From Candidatus Thalassarchaeaceae archaeon (GTDB lineage Archaea; Thermoplasmatota; Poseidoniia; Poseidoniales; Thalassarchaeaceae), in contig DASCSU010000001.1 in assembly GCA_034399495.1 (NCBI GenBank), positions 1 through 39,137 of the forward strand: a DNA stretch of 39,137 nucleotides, read 5' to 3'. Position numbers and translations under genes: made by a program. Position 1 is the first letter of the stretch. Every line of letters begins with the position of its first letter. Below are positions 17,328 to 26,200 of the stretch, piece by piece. Below the pieces are notes generated by a model that saw only the letters and a list, made by a program, of their open reading frames with translations, did no database searches and was not told the origin of the DNA.

Positions 17328-17339
17328 CGAACATGTTCG
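17328..17339. promoter_or_regulatory. Perfect 12-bp palindrome CGAACATGTTCG next to a TATA-like GTATATTA
   Basis: Read directly. The palindrome sits just upstream of the TATA-like element at 17343-17350, which is 42-49 nt upstream of ATG 17392. That placement fits an operator overlapping the BRE/TATA region. Confidence 0.35.
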
Positions 17340-17391
17340 CTTGGTATATTAGTCATAGTGATTGATAAACTAATTTTCCTTCGCTAACATC

Positions 17392-19815
17392 ATGGATAGT
17401 AAAACAGCCATCATGAGTGCTTTGTTAGTTGGGTTGTTAATCAGTTCAAGTTTAGCTGTATTTTTTGCAGTAGATAATCCCGATTCTAATCTACAATGTG
17501 AAGGTGAAGGAGAAACTTGGGGGCCTGGGATAGGGCCACCTCCAGAAGGTTGTGAGGACGGAAATCCTCCTGAAGATGGCTCACAAAACAATGATGGCGA
17601 GACATCAACCGATGACAGAACACCCACGCTTTTTGTTGGGGGAACTAATTTCTCTTGGGGTGAACCGGTATTATTGAGTGGCTGGGTTGTAGATGAATTT
17701 CCTAGTTCAACAACAATTACTGCATCTGTTTACAGTGCTGATTCTCTAAGCACGCCTTCGATAGTAAAATCTTCATCATCTAATGAAGAAGGAGTTTGGG
17801 AAATATTGCTACCGTATGATATACCTGGCACATGGGCTGTTCAATTTGTGGCTACAGATGAAGTAAATCAATCCAGTGAAACTAAGATTGTAAATGTCAA
17901 TCTAAATTTTCCTATTGAGGAGATGGTGCTTGTTACTTTGCGATATCAAGCCCCTCAAGATAACGATACAACAGGTTTGATTATGGGTGATTTAGTTCAT
18001 TTATTTCCCTCATCGTGCGCAGTAGAATATTGGCCAGAAGGGCAATCAACAATTGATGGTTTTGTTAATGGAAGTGATGGTACATTCCAAATCCCAGTTG
18101 ATATTACAACTGTAGCTAAGCAAGGGGATTTTTGGGTTACTTGTGGACTTTATGATGTAAAAACAAGAAATATCTCATATCAATTGCCAATTCCAGATGA
18201 GCCTTCAGAAGATACAATTTCAGACCAAGATAGTGATGGGATTGTTGACGCAGATGATATCTGTCCTGATACACCAAATGATCAACCAGTTTGGCCAAAT
18301 GGCTGTGCAGACTCTCAACTTGATAGTGATGGAGATGGAATTACAGATGACAAGGACTTGTGCCCTAACACTTATTCTGGAGAAATAGTTGATACTGATG
18401 GCTGCTCTGACACACAGAAGGATGCTGATGGAGATGGTATTTCTGATGCGGGTGATCAATGTGCAAACACGCCTGCACAAGAGGTGGCTGATGCCAATGG
18501 GTGTTCAGATTCACAGAAAGACCAAGATGGAGATGGAGTCCAAGATTCGCTTGACCAATGCCCAAACACACTTCCAGGCACTACTGTAGATGCTAACGGC
18601 TGTGAGATAACTTGGGTACCACAAGATTCGTGGCTTTGCCAAAATGGCCAGGGTCCTTGGGTCAAGGACTTCAATTCTGAAGAGGGTTACAATGCTAACA
18701 CAAATGGGGCAAGTAGTGCAGGGGCAAGCAATGACAATGTTGGACCTTGGTTCCAATGTGAAGTCACAGTAAATACACAGAACGGTGAGATGGTTGTTGA
18801 TGCTAATGGAATTCCTAATCATGATTTTGTGTCAACAATGGGTTGCTGTGTGGATGAAGTGGATTTAGAATGGCACATCCCATTAAATCCTGTCAATGAC
18901 ACTAATGGTGGACATAATACAGCTAATTGCCCTGCTTCTGCAGGACGCTGGGAATGCGCCCCTGACAGGGGTCCGGTTGCAGTTTCAGTCAATGGTGCTC
19001 CAATTTATGGTGTTGAAGAAGGGCCAGGAGGGGATGCAATTGCTTTGAATTTCAAATATTTCGTAGAAGATAGGCAACCCATTTTCTTAGGGTACTGTAC
19101 TGCACATTCAGCAGGAAATAATTACCATTACCATTATGATGCCCAGTGTTCAACATGGACTCCTGGGGTTGGTGAAACAATTTCTGATTATGATTGGACA
19201 AAATTGGACAGTACCCAACATAGTCCAATTATTGCTTGGTCATTTGATGGATATCCTATTTACGGAATGTATGGTAATGATGGTAATGGTGGCATTAAGG
19301 CAATAACTTCTTCATATGAAATTGATAGAACTGAAGAGGGTGGCGATCAAGGTTACAATGGAATTGATGATTGGAATTATGTTGCTGATATGGGCGATTT
19401 AGACGAATGCAACGGTCGTTTTGGGCCGACTCCTGAATACCCAAATGGCATTTACCATTACGTGAGCACACCTCTATCTGGTTCTACTAAACTAGTAACT
19501 GATACTGATGGTAATCAGGTGCCGATGATTGGGATGCCATATTTCCTATTATGCTACCATGGAGTGGCTGATTTGGATGCTCAACCCTCTGGCGGGCAAG
19601 GGGGCGGAGGTGGTGGGCCACCACCGGGTGCAAATGGAAGATCTTACGAGTACAATACTGATGCATTGTTTTTGTCAGAGCCTGTACGCATTGAGTCAGA
19701 AAATAGTGAAACAATTCCAATTTGGTTAGATTTCAGCGTCACTATGGTTTTGCTTGCAATCTTATTTGGTGTAGGGAGCATCTTGACTGGGCGCCGTGAT
19801 TATAATACTGGCTGA
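17392..19815 (+). CDS. Exported protein with thrombospondin type-3-like Ca-binding repeats and a YHYH domain, C-terminal TM anchor
   Basis: 807 aa. Has an N-terminal TM/signal, four D-x-D-G-D-G-x-x-D-x-x-D-x-C-P-(D/N)-T repeats, the later 'HSAGNNYHYHYDAQC' (YHYH family motif), a Gly/Pro-rich linker and the C-terminal TM 'VTMVLLAILFGVGSIL'. Confidence 0.75.
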   Translation: MDSKTAIMSALLVGLLISSSLAVFFAVDNPDSNLQCEGEGETWGPGIGPPPEGCEDGNPPEDGSQNNDGETSTDDRTPTLFVGGTNFSWGEPVLLSGWVVDEFPSSTTITASVYSADSLSTPSIVKSSSSNEEGVWEILLPYDIPGTWAVQFVATDEVNQSSETKIVNVNLNFPIEEMVLVTLRYQAPQDNDTTGLIMGDLVHLFPSSCAVEYWPEGQSTIDGFVNGSDGTFQIPVDITTVAKQGDFWVTCGLYDVKTRNISYQLPIPDEPSEDTISDQDSDGIVDADDICPDTPNDQPVWPNGCADSQLDSDGDGITDDKDLCPNTYSGEIVDTDGCSDTQKDADGDGISDAGDQCANTPAQEVADANGCSDSQKDQDGDGVQDSLDQCPNTLPGTTVDANGCEITWVPQDSWLCQNGQGPWVKDFNSEEGYNANTNGASSAGASNDNVGPWFQCEVTVNTQNGEMVVDANGIPNHDFVSTMGCCVDEVDLEWHIPLNPVNDTNGGHNTANCPASAGRWECAPDRGPVAVSVNGAPIYGVEEGPGGDAIALNFKYFVEDRQPIFLGYCTAHSAGNNYHYHYDAQCSTWTPGVGETISDYDWTKLDSTQHSPIIAWSFDGYPIYGMYGNDGNGGIKAITSSYEIDRTEEGGDQGYNGIDDWNYVADMGDLDECNGRFGPTPEYPNGIYHYVSTPLSGSTKLVTDTDGNQVPMIGMPYFLLCYHGVADLDAQPSGGQGGGGGGPPPGANGRSYEYNTDALFLSEPVRIESENSETIPIWLDFSVTMVLLAILFGVGSILTGRRDYNTG
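18223..18606 (+). repeat. Four tandem ~33-codon coding repeats (TSP3-like)
   Basis: The four units are DQDSDGIVDADDICPDT..., DSDGDGITDDKDLCPNT..., DADGDGISDAGDQCANT... and DQDGDGVQDSLDQCPNT..., each ending ...(D/P)(A/T/N)(N/D)GC. These are coding repeats, not a CRISPR array. Confidence 0.8.
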
Positions 19816-21389
19816 TTACTTAACCATTCTAAATCTGAAATGTATAGTTGACGAATGTCATCAAGTCCAAGCACTAACATGGCCAATCTCTCTAGACCCA
19901 TACCCCATGCACACACGGGCCATTTAGCTCCTAAAGGTTCAGTCACTTCAGGGCGGAAAATTCCAGCCCCTCCTAACTCTAGCCACTTGCCTCTCCATTT
20001 GACTTCAATTTCTAGAGATGGTTCGGTATATGGGAAGTAAGCGGGACGAACTCGAACTTCAGGGTAGCCCATTTTGGCATAGAACTCTTTGAGTGTGGTC
20101 ACTAACATTGGTAAACTTGCATGAGGCTCCATTATGATGCCTTCAATTTGGTGGAACTCAGGTAGGTGGGTTCGGTCAATGCTTTCTTTGCGGAAGACTC
20201 TGCCAATTCCAAAGACACGGCAAGGCGTCTCTGGATTTTCCGCAACATGCTTTACAGTGTTCACGGTGGTATGGGTTCTTAGCATGCCTTTTTGTGAGAT
20301 TTCTGCTGAAAATCCTCCACCCCAACCACTACTTCCAGTTTGGCCCCCATTCTCGTGAACTTGTGACCACTGTTCGGTCATCTCATTTGGAATGTGTATT
20401 GATTCTGGGTTGTCAAGGTAGAAGGTGTCTTGCATTTCTCTTGCGGGGTGATCTTGTGGAATGAATAGTGCATCCATGTTCCAACCCGCTGTTGTTACGT
20501 AATCACCTTCAATTTCAGTGAACCCCATCTCAAGGAATATTGCGCGGATACGCTCGATTAAAGCCTGCATTGGGTGTGATTTCCCTACTGGTGGAGTAGA
20601 TGCTTCTCTAGTGACATCGTATGGCTTGAAGTCAGCCCCTCGCCATTCATCTCCTTGCAATAACTCAGGGGTGATATCTGCGATTAGTAAGTGCTCTTCT
20701 AGGTCTTCTGTTTTGACAGAGTTGCCTTGAGGCGTGAGTTGCCAAGTTCTTACGACTTCTTCACTAGATGTGATGATGCCTTTTCGCCTTGCAAAATAAT
20801 CTACTTGGCCAACATCTAGAACACTCTCTAGTGCGCCGTTTTCACCTGTATCTGACAATGAAGAAATGAACTGTTTTCGCATCTCTAGTGTTGCTTCGAT
20901 TGCACCAGTTGCTGATGGCACCTCAAATTGGCCTCCAATCAGTTGAATTCCTAGGTCTTTGAGTAGTCCGATTCCAGCTCCGGCTTCTCGATTTTCAATA
21001 ATGCTGGAAGATTGCAAATCTTGCATTCCTACTTTTTCTTCTTGGGTTGAAAGCCAATTCCAAATTCGCTGTTCTAGAAGGCCATTTTCAGCAGCAGCAT
21101 GGCCTTCAGCGGCTAGTCGCCAAATCTTGCTACGCTGCTCTGTTTGAGTAACGAGCCCTGCTTCGGCAAGGGTTCCACCCGCTCCAGCAACGTGTGCTTG
21201 ATCATCCCATTCGCACGCAGTTAGCAGTTCGCTTAGTTGCCAGATTTTTTCTGTCTCTGAGCGCATAACTTTGAGCATTCTCCGCTCATTGTTGCTCAAC
21301 TCCATGCAATCGCTCCAACCTTCTCGACCTATCTCTATGTCTTGAAGCAATTGGAGAAGGTGTGAGTAATAGTCACTCTTCTTCATCAT
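19800..21389 (-). CDS. pheS: Phenylalanine--tRNA ligase alpha subunit (archaeal type)
   Basis: 529 aa. Has an N-terminal winged-helix region and a class II catalytic core ('LRTHTT', 'GRVFRKE', 'GAGIFRPEV', 'AWGMGLERLAM'). Its 3' end overlaps the convergent 17392-19815 gene by 16 nt. Confidence 0.92.
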   Translation of the reverse strand: MMKKSDYYSHLLQLLQDIEIGREGWSDCMELSNNERRMLKVMRSETEKIWQLSELLTACEWDDQAHVAGAGGTLAEAGLVTQTEQRSKIWRLAAEGHAAAENGLLEQRIWNWLSTQEEKVGMQDLQSSSIIENREAGAGIGLLKDLGIQLIGGQFEVPSATGAIEATLEMRKQFISSLSDTGENGALESVLDVGQVDYFARRKGIITSSEEVVRTWQLTPQGNSVKTEDLEEHLLIADITPELLQGDEWRGADFKPYDVTREASTPPVGKSHPMQALIERIRAIFLEMGFTEIEGDYVTTAGWNMDALFIPQDHPAREMQDTFYLDNPESIHIPNEMTEQWSQVHENGGQTGSSGWGGGFSAEISQKGMLRTHTTVNTVKHVAENPETPCRVFGIGRVFRKESIDRTHLPEFHQIEGIIMEPHASLPMLVTTLKEFYAKMGYPEVRVRPAYFPYTEPSLEIEVKWRGKWLELGGAGIFRPEVTEPLGAKWPVCAWGMGLERLAMLVLGLDDIRQLYISDLEWLSNQPVL

Positions 21390-21777
21390 CTAGTGGTTTG
21401 TCCCAGAGCATAGTATCACAACCTAAGCAGATGAAGGTTTGAGGGCGTAGCCCATCTACCCAAGTCAGTTCTCCACATTTGCCACATAATACACTTGTTC
21501 GAACAGGCTCGTCAATAGTGGTATCAATTCGATACATGACGCTCCCCTCTGCCCCTTCAGGAAGTTCTCCGACTTCTGGAGTCCAATCACGAATTTCTTT
21601 TTCGCTCATTGGTTTTGGTTCTTCAATTCGAACAAATGCTAGTAGAAACATTACTGCGCCTGCTAAGCCGATGGGCGCTCCAATTGCAATATATCCTGGG
21701 TCGGCAAAAATTATCCCAGATGAAAAAATGATGCATAGCCATGATGCAATGAAGAGATTGTTGCGTATATTGCTCAC
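21373..21777 (-). CDS. Small membrane protein with C-terminal zinc ribbon
   Basis: 134 aa. Has two N-terminal TM helices, then 'CGKCGELTWVDGLRPQTFICLGCDTMLWD' (CxxC...CxxC). Overlaps the pheS start by 17 nt. Confidence 0.5.
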   Translation of the reverse strand: MSNIRNNLFIASWLCIIFSSGIIFADPGYIAIGAPIGLAGAVMFLLAFVRIEEPKPMSEKEIRDWTPEVGELPEGAEGSVMYRIDTTIDEPVRTSVLCGKCGELTWVDGLRPQTFICLGCDTMLWDKPLDDEEE

Positions 21778-21789
21778 TAAATAGCCACC

Positions 21790-23145
21790 TCAAGAGGAAA
21801 GAGTATGCCACGATTCTATGAGGATTTCTGCTGCTCGAATAACATCACTGCTTCCAATTGAACAGAGACCTATTCGCACCCCTCCTTTGAGTGGTACTAC
21901 ATAGAGGTGAGATTCAGCAGCTTTCTCTGCCATAGATAGCGGGTCATCACATGGGATGAAGGCAAAATAGCCATCATCAGATGGCATCAATGGAATTTCA
22001 GATTGAGCCATTCTTTCGTTAAAAATTTCTCTTCTTGCAGTAAGCATTTCCTTCAATCGGCTTTTTTCTAAGCCCCAATCACTTGCCAATGCCTCGTCAT
22101 TATGGATTGTGACTAATGTTGATTGAGGTAGGCGCGGGGCTAGAGACCATGTGCCGCGCCCAGTTACTGCACAAATCTCTCCAAGTCTAGCAACATAATC
22201 TTCCGATGGGTGTAAGAACACAATTGCTCCACATCTCATCCCATAAATCGTGTGAGATTTTGAAGCGGAAAAGCCCCAACAAATTAGCAAATTCTCGGGC
22301 CAATCTGCCCATGAGAATTTATTATGTATGGTTTCAGACCAACCATAGGGTTCATCGGCATAAATAGCATAAGCGGTATCGAGGAACAGTGTGACTCCCT
22401 TATTGGGGTTTTTTGTAGCACAGTTGATGAAGGCGTCTAGAACAAGTTCGCGTCCTTCAGCATCCAATGATAAGCCGGTTGGATTGTGAGCAGGGTCATT
22501 TAGCCATGCAAGAACTCTTTCTTGGCTTGATGCAACATCCCCTAATTTCTCTTCTAAGGCATTGAGATCAACTTTTGGATGGTCGCTATCGCCTGTAGGT
22601 AGGATGGGCCATTCGGTGATAGGTAGTCCACATTCTGTTGCTAGTGTATCATATGGAGACCATCTTCGGGAGCGAAGGAGAATTGAATCACCAACTGCTA
22701 ACATACATCTTGCTGAGAGATAGAGGGCACCGGTGCCTCCAGGAGTGGCTACGGCGTTGCTATGTAGGCCTATGTCACGAAGGCTTGCTAGTCGAGGCCC
22801 AATTGCAAGTTCTGCTGCGAGTTTCTTGAATTGAGGTAGGCCAGGTAGTGGGGCGTAGGCTGAAAGGTCAACATCTGATTGATTACGAATTGTATCCATC
22901 ACCACTTTATTGACTGCTAATGAACCATCATTTTCTAACAAACTTCCAACGGTTCCATTGATGGCTGGTTCCCCTAGTGCTTTTGCTTGCTGGTAGCGCC
23001 CATACCATGAGAAAATGACATCAGAACCCGTTTTTAATAGGCTTTCAGGTGGCAAAAAAGTTTTCTCAAGATGGCTCAAATCCACAGAAATCACACCGAC
23101 GACAAAAGTGGTCGCCGTACAGTCCAATGAGCCGGCAGTAATCAA
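21790..23145 (-). CDS. Class I (AspC/TyrB-type) aspartate/aromatic amino acid aminotransferase
   Basis: Has 'GFSASKSHTIYGMRCG', matching the AspC-family PLP-lysine motif (SFSKN.GLYGERVG), and 'NPTGLSL'. The N-terminus is probably shorter (in-frame GTG/TTG codons near 23085). Confidence 0.8.
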   Translation of the reverse strand: MITAGSLDCTATTFVVGVISVDLSHLEKTFLPPESLLKTGSDVIFSWYGRYQQAKALGEPAINGTVGSLLENDGSLAVNKVVMDTIRNQSDVDLSAYAPLPGLPQFKKLAAELAIGPRLASLRDIGLHSNAVATPGGTGALYLSARCMLAVGDSILLRSRRWSPYDTLATECGLPITEWPILPTGDSDHPKVDLNALEEKLGDVASSQERVLAWLNDPAHNPTGLSLDAEGRELVLDAFINCATKNPNKGVTLFLDTAYAIYADEPYGWSETIHNKFSWADWPENLLICWGFSASKSHTIYGMRCGAIVFLHPSEDYVARLGEICAVTGRGTWSLAPRLPQSTLVTIHNDEALASDWGLEKSRLKEMLTARREIFNERMAQSEIPLMPSDDGYFAFIPCDDPLSMAEKAAESHLYVVPLKGGVRIGLCSIGSSDVIRAAEILIESWHTLSS

Positions 23146-23240
23146 ACCATTCGCTAAATGGGTTAGGTAAAAGAAAACCTTTCTCTAAAGAGAAAGATTC
23201 ACTATCAACCTCACACCTCGTTAACAAGGGAAGGGGTCCA

Positions 23241-26200
23241 ATGAAGAGGTGCGCAACGGTCCTGATACTTCTCATGCTAATGTCATCTTTAGCCGCTTTC
23301 ACTACAATCCCTTACCAAGGGGAAGGGCCTTTGGAGGGCGGCATTACAATGGATTCAGCATCATTAAATTCTCCAGAAATAGTTACTATCTCAAATTATC
23401 CTACATCTATTTCTAATTCCTTCAAATTAGATATTCCAGAAGATGAGGCGATACGAAATATTAGCCTTGAATTAGCTCCTTCTGTGGTTTCTCGCAGCGA
23501 CGGTCATTCATTCACTCAATCTAGTGATTTCAATCAAACAGGGGCAACTTCCCAAGGAATTGACTACAATACTTCAGGATTGCAGGTATCTGCGATTGAT
23601 GAGTACTGGTCCTTTGAAGGTACAAACGCACTACCTTCGGGATGGTCCTCAAGCAATACTAACTATGGTCTAATCAATACAATGACTTGCGGTACCAATG
23701 GTTCTAGCAGTCGTTCCTTGACACTCCGCCATGGGACTGTTTCCGTTACCTCAAACACCATTGATCTTTCTTCGCTAACACAAGGAATAATGTCCCTATG
23801 GATGACTGAGGGGCGTTCAGGATGTGGTGAAGATCCTGATTCAAGTGAGCACCTCTATGTGGAATACAAGCGTTCAACAGGAAGTTGGGGTCAAATTACC
23901 TATTACAATGCAGGGCTAGGATACCCAGGATACACTAATGTGAATTCCCAATTCAATCTCCCAAATGATGCCTTTCATTCAAACTTCCAGTTTAGATTCC
24001 GTCTGCCATTCGGTTCAGGTACCTGTTGCGATTGGTGGTTCGTTGACGATGTTAGGCTAACAAAACCAGGAGGCCAAGGGAATTGGACATCACCTGCCTT
24101 TGGACCTAGCGCTTCTAATCCCACTTACCGCTCACTTCCAGGTCCATATGGGATTATGAGTATCGATTCTGATACCTCATCAAATGCCATCACATGGTCC
24201 GTTATCGATGCTTCAAACGGTACTACTCTTGATGGATATGACCAACGTTCAGGCACTTGGGCAGATTTGGGTGGAATTGATTGGGTAAAACACCCAGCAA
24301 TTCGTTTGAAAGTGGGCCTGTCGGCACAAGGTACGGGTTCTGTATCCAAGATTAATGGCATTCATATTCAAGGTAAATATGTTAATTCCTTTGATGTAAA
24401 TCCAACAGATTGGAGTCTTTCTTCTTGTAGTTGGGATGGAGATAGCATCACAGGATCAGGATATGCCTACTCTCCGACTTTAAATTCGCGCCGGCCAATT
24501 AGTAAGGTTACAGCAGCGATTACATTCACGGGTGGCGGCTATTTGGAAGCCACGACAGATGGCTCGGCATGGTTTGCATTGAGTAACAATGGCCCTACCA
24601 ATTTGGATGATTGGACCACTCAAATTCAATTCCGATGGAATGGGCAGAGTTCAAGTTTCGATTTGCAGAAGTTTGATGTCGAACTTCATGGAGCAGGCTT
24701 ACCCTCTTCTCCAGCCATAGATTTGTTGAGCAGTAGCCGGAATGAATGGGGCATTGTAAACCAATCAATAGGTACTTGGGGTTGGCAGGATGTTCTTGAA
24801 AATGGCAATCGTTCGATTGATTTGAATTTCCAAAACCAAGAGACAGTTCCTCTTTGGATTCCAAAAGATTCAGATGGTCACTTCCTGTTTGAAGTAAGCC
24901 CTGAATTAACTAATGGAGTATCAAACTTGGATATTGAACTGTTGATAGATGGAAACACGATTTCATCATGGAATTATGGCACAGGTTTTGATTCTCAAAC
25001 TTTCCAGGTAGAAGCAAATGAGCGTTCAAATTTTGTAGCAAATGTGGTTTCAGCACAGACAGTATGGGGCAATTTCGATGTTGAATATATTCGCGCTGAA
25101 CTAGTTCTCGACGCGTCTGGTGGTAGTGCCCGCCTAGGAGGAATTGCCATTCCGCACTATCCAACTACATCTGTTCATTTTGAGCCGGAATCTGATTTCG
25201 TTTTGAATCTAAACAATATTGTCAGCAGTATGACGGCAACTAATGGCTTGGTGACAGTCCCTATTGCCATGGGTTGGGATTTTCCTGCTGCGATGTCAGT
25301 TACTCTAACTGAGTTGAATACAGGCTTAGCAACCCAAATTGAATTAGAATCTGCATCCAATCTTTCCAGTACTTTATCTCCATCATGGCAATGGTTTGAA
25401 TTAGGCCATAATCTATCTGTTGAAGAGGGTGAATTGGCAGCACTTCGCTACGATCTTGTTGGTGACAATAATGCGGTGACTTACACCGTTTGGCTTGGAG
25501 CCTCCCCCTTACCTCCAGACTTGCTTGAAGGCGATACAAATGCCATCATCATCCCAGAGAATTTCACTACTGGTGCATATACTACTGAACCGGGAGCTAG
25601 TGGGCCTGGGATATGTTGTGAATTACATCCCAATTTCAAATTCTCATTGAACTCTTCTTGGGAGGACGAGGAGTTACTGTCATTCACGCTGCGTGGTGTG
25701 ATGAAAGATGGGCTAATCTCATTACCATGGGTTCACTTGTTTGGGCCGGGTCCATCTCAAGGTGTAGAGAATGATTTGTTGATTTCTGAATGGCGCGTAT
25801 TCAATGACCGCTCACTTGTGATTCCACCCAGTACATCATATCTGAAATCTGATTCTAATATTTCAGTAGAAGTTGATCTCCAGTTTGAGGGGTTAGAGTC
25901 TATGTTTGGGCCACGTAGTAACGATGTCGAAGTCAGATTACTGGAGAATGGAGTGGTCAATATGCAGACTACCCAGTTGAATCAGGGTAGAGCCATATTC
26001 AACACTCGCACGCCTATTGCAACAGGAATAGTAGATTATTCAATAGAACTTTCATTGCTCAGTGGCGGGAGCGATGTGACTTCCATTAGCTTAAATCGTT
26101 CATTTGAAATCGATTCTGTTTCTCCTCAGGTTATCAATCAGAGTGTTGCTTCTCACGACCACCTTGAACCATCACTTGCACAAACCCTCACCTTTGAGAT

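Noticed and set aside
18223-18606. Possible CRISPR or other non-coding tandem array, suggested by the ~99-nt periodicity
   Set aside because: The repeats are in-frame, diverged at synonymous and non-synonymous sites, and encode thrombospondin-type-3-like calcium-binding modules. There is no repeat-spacer structure.
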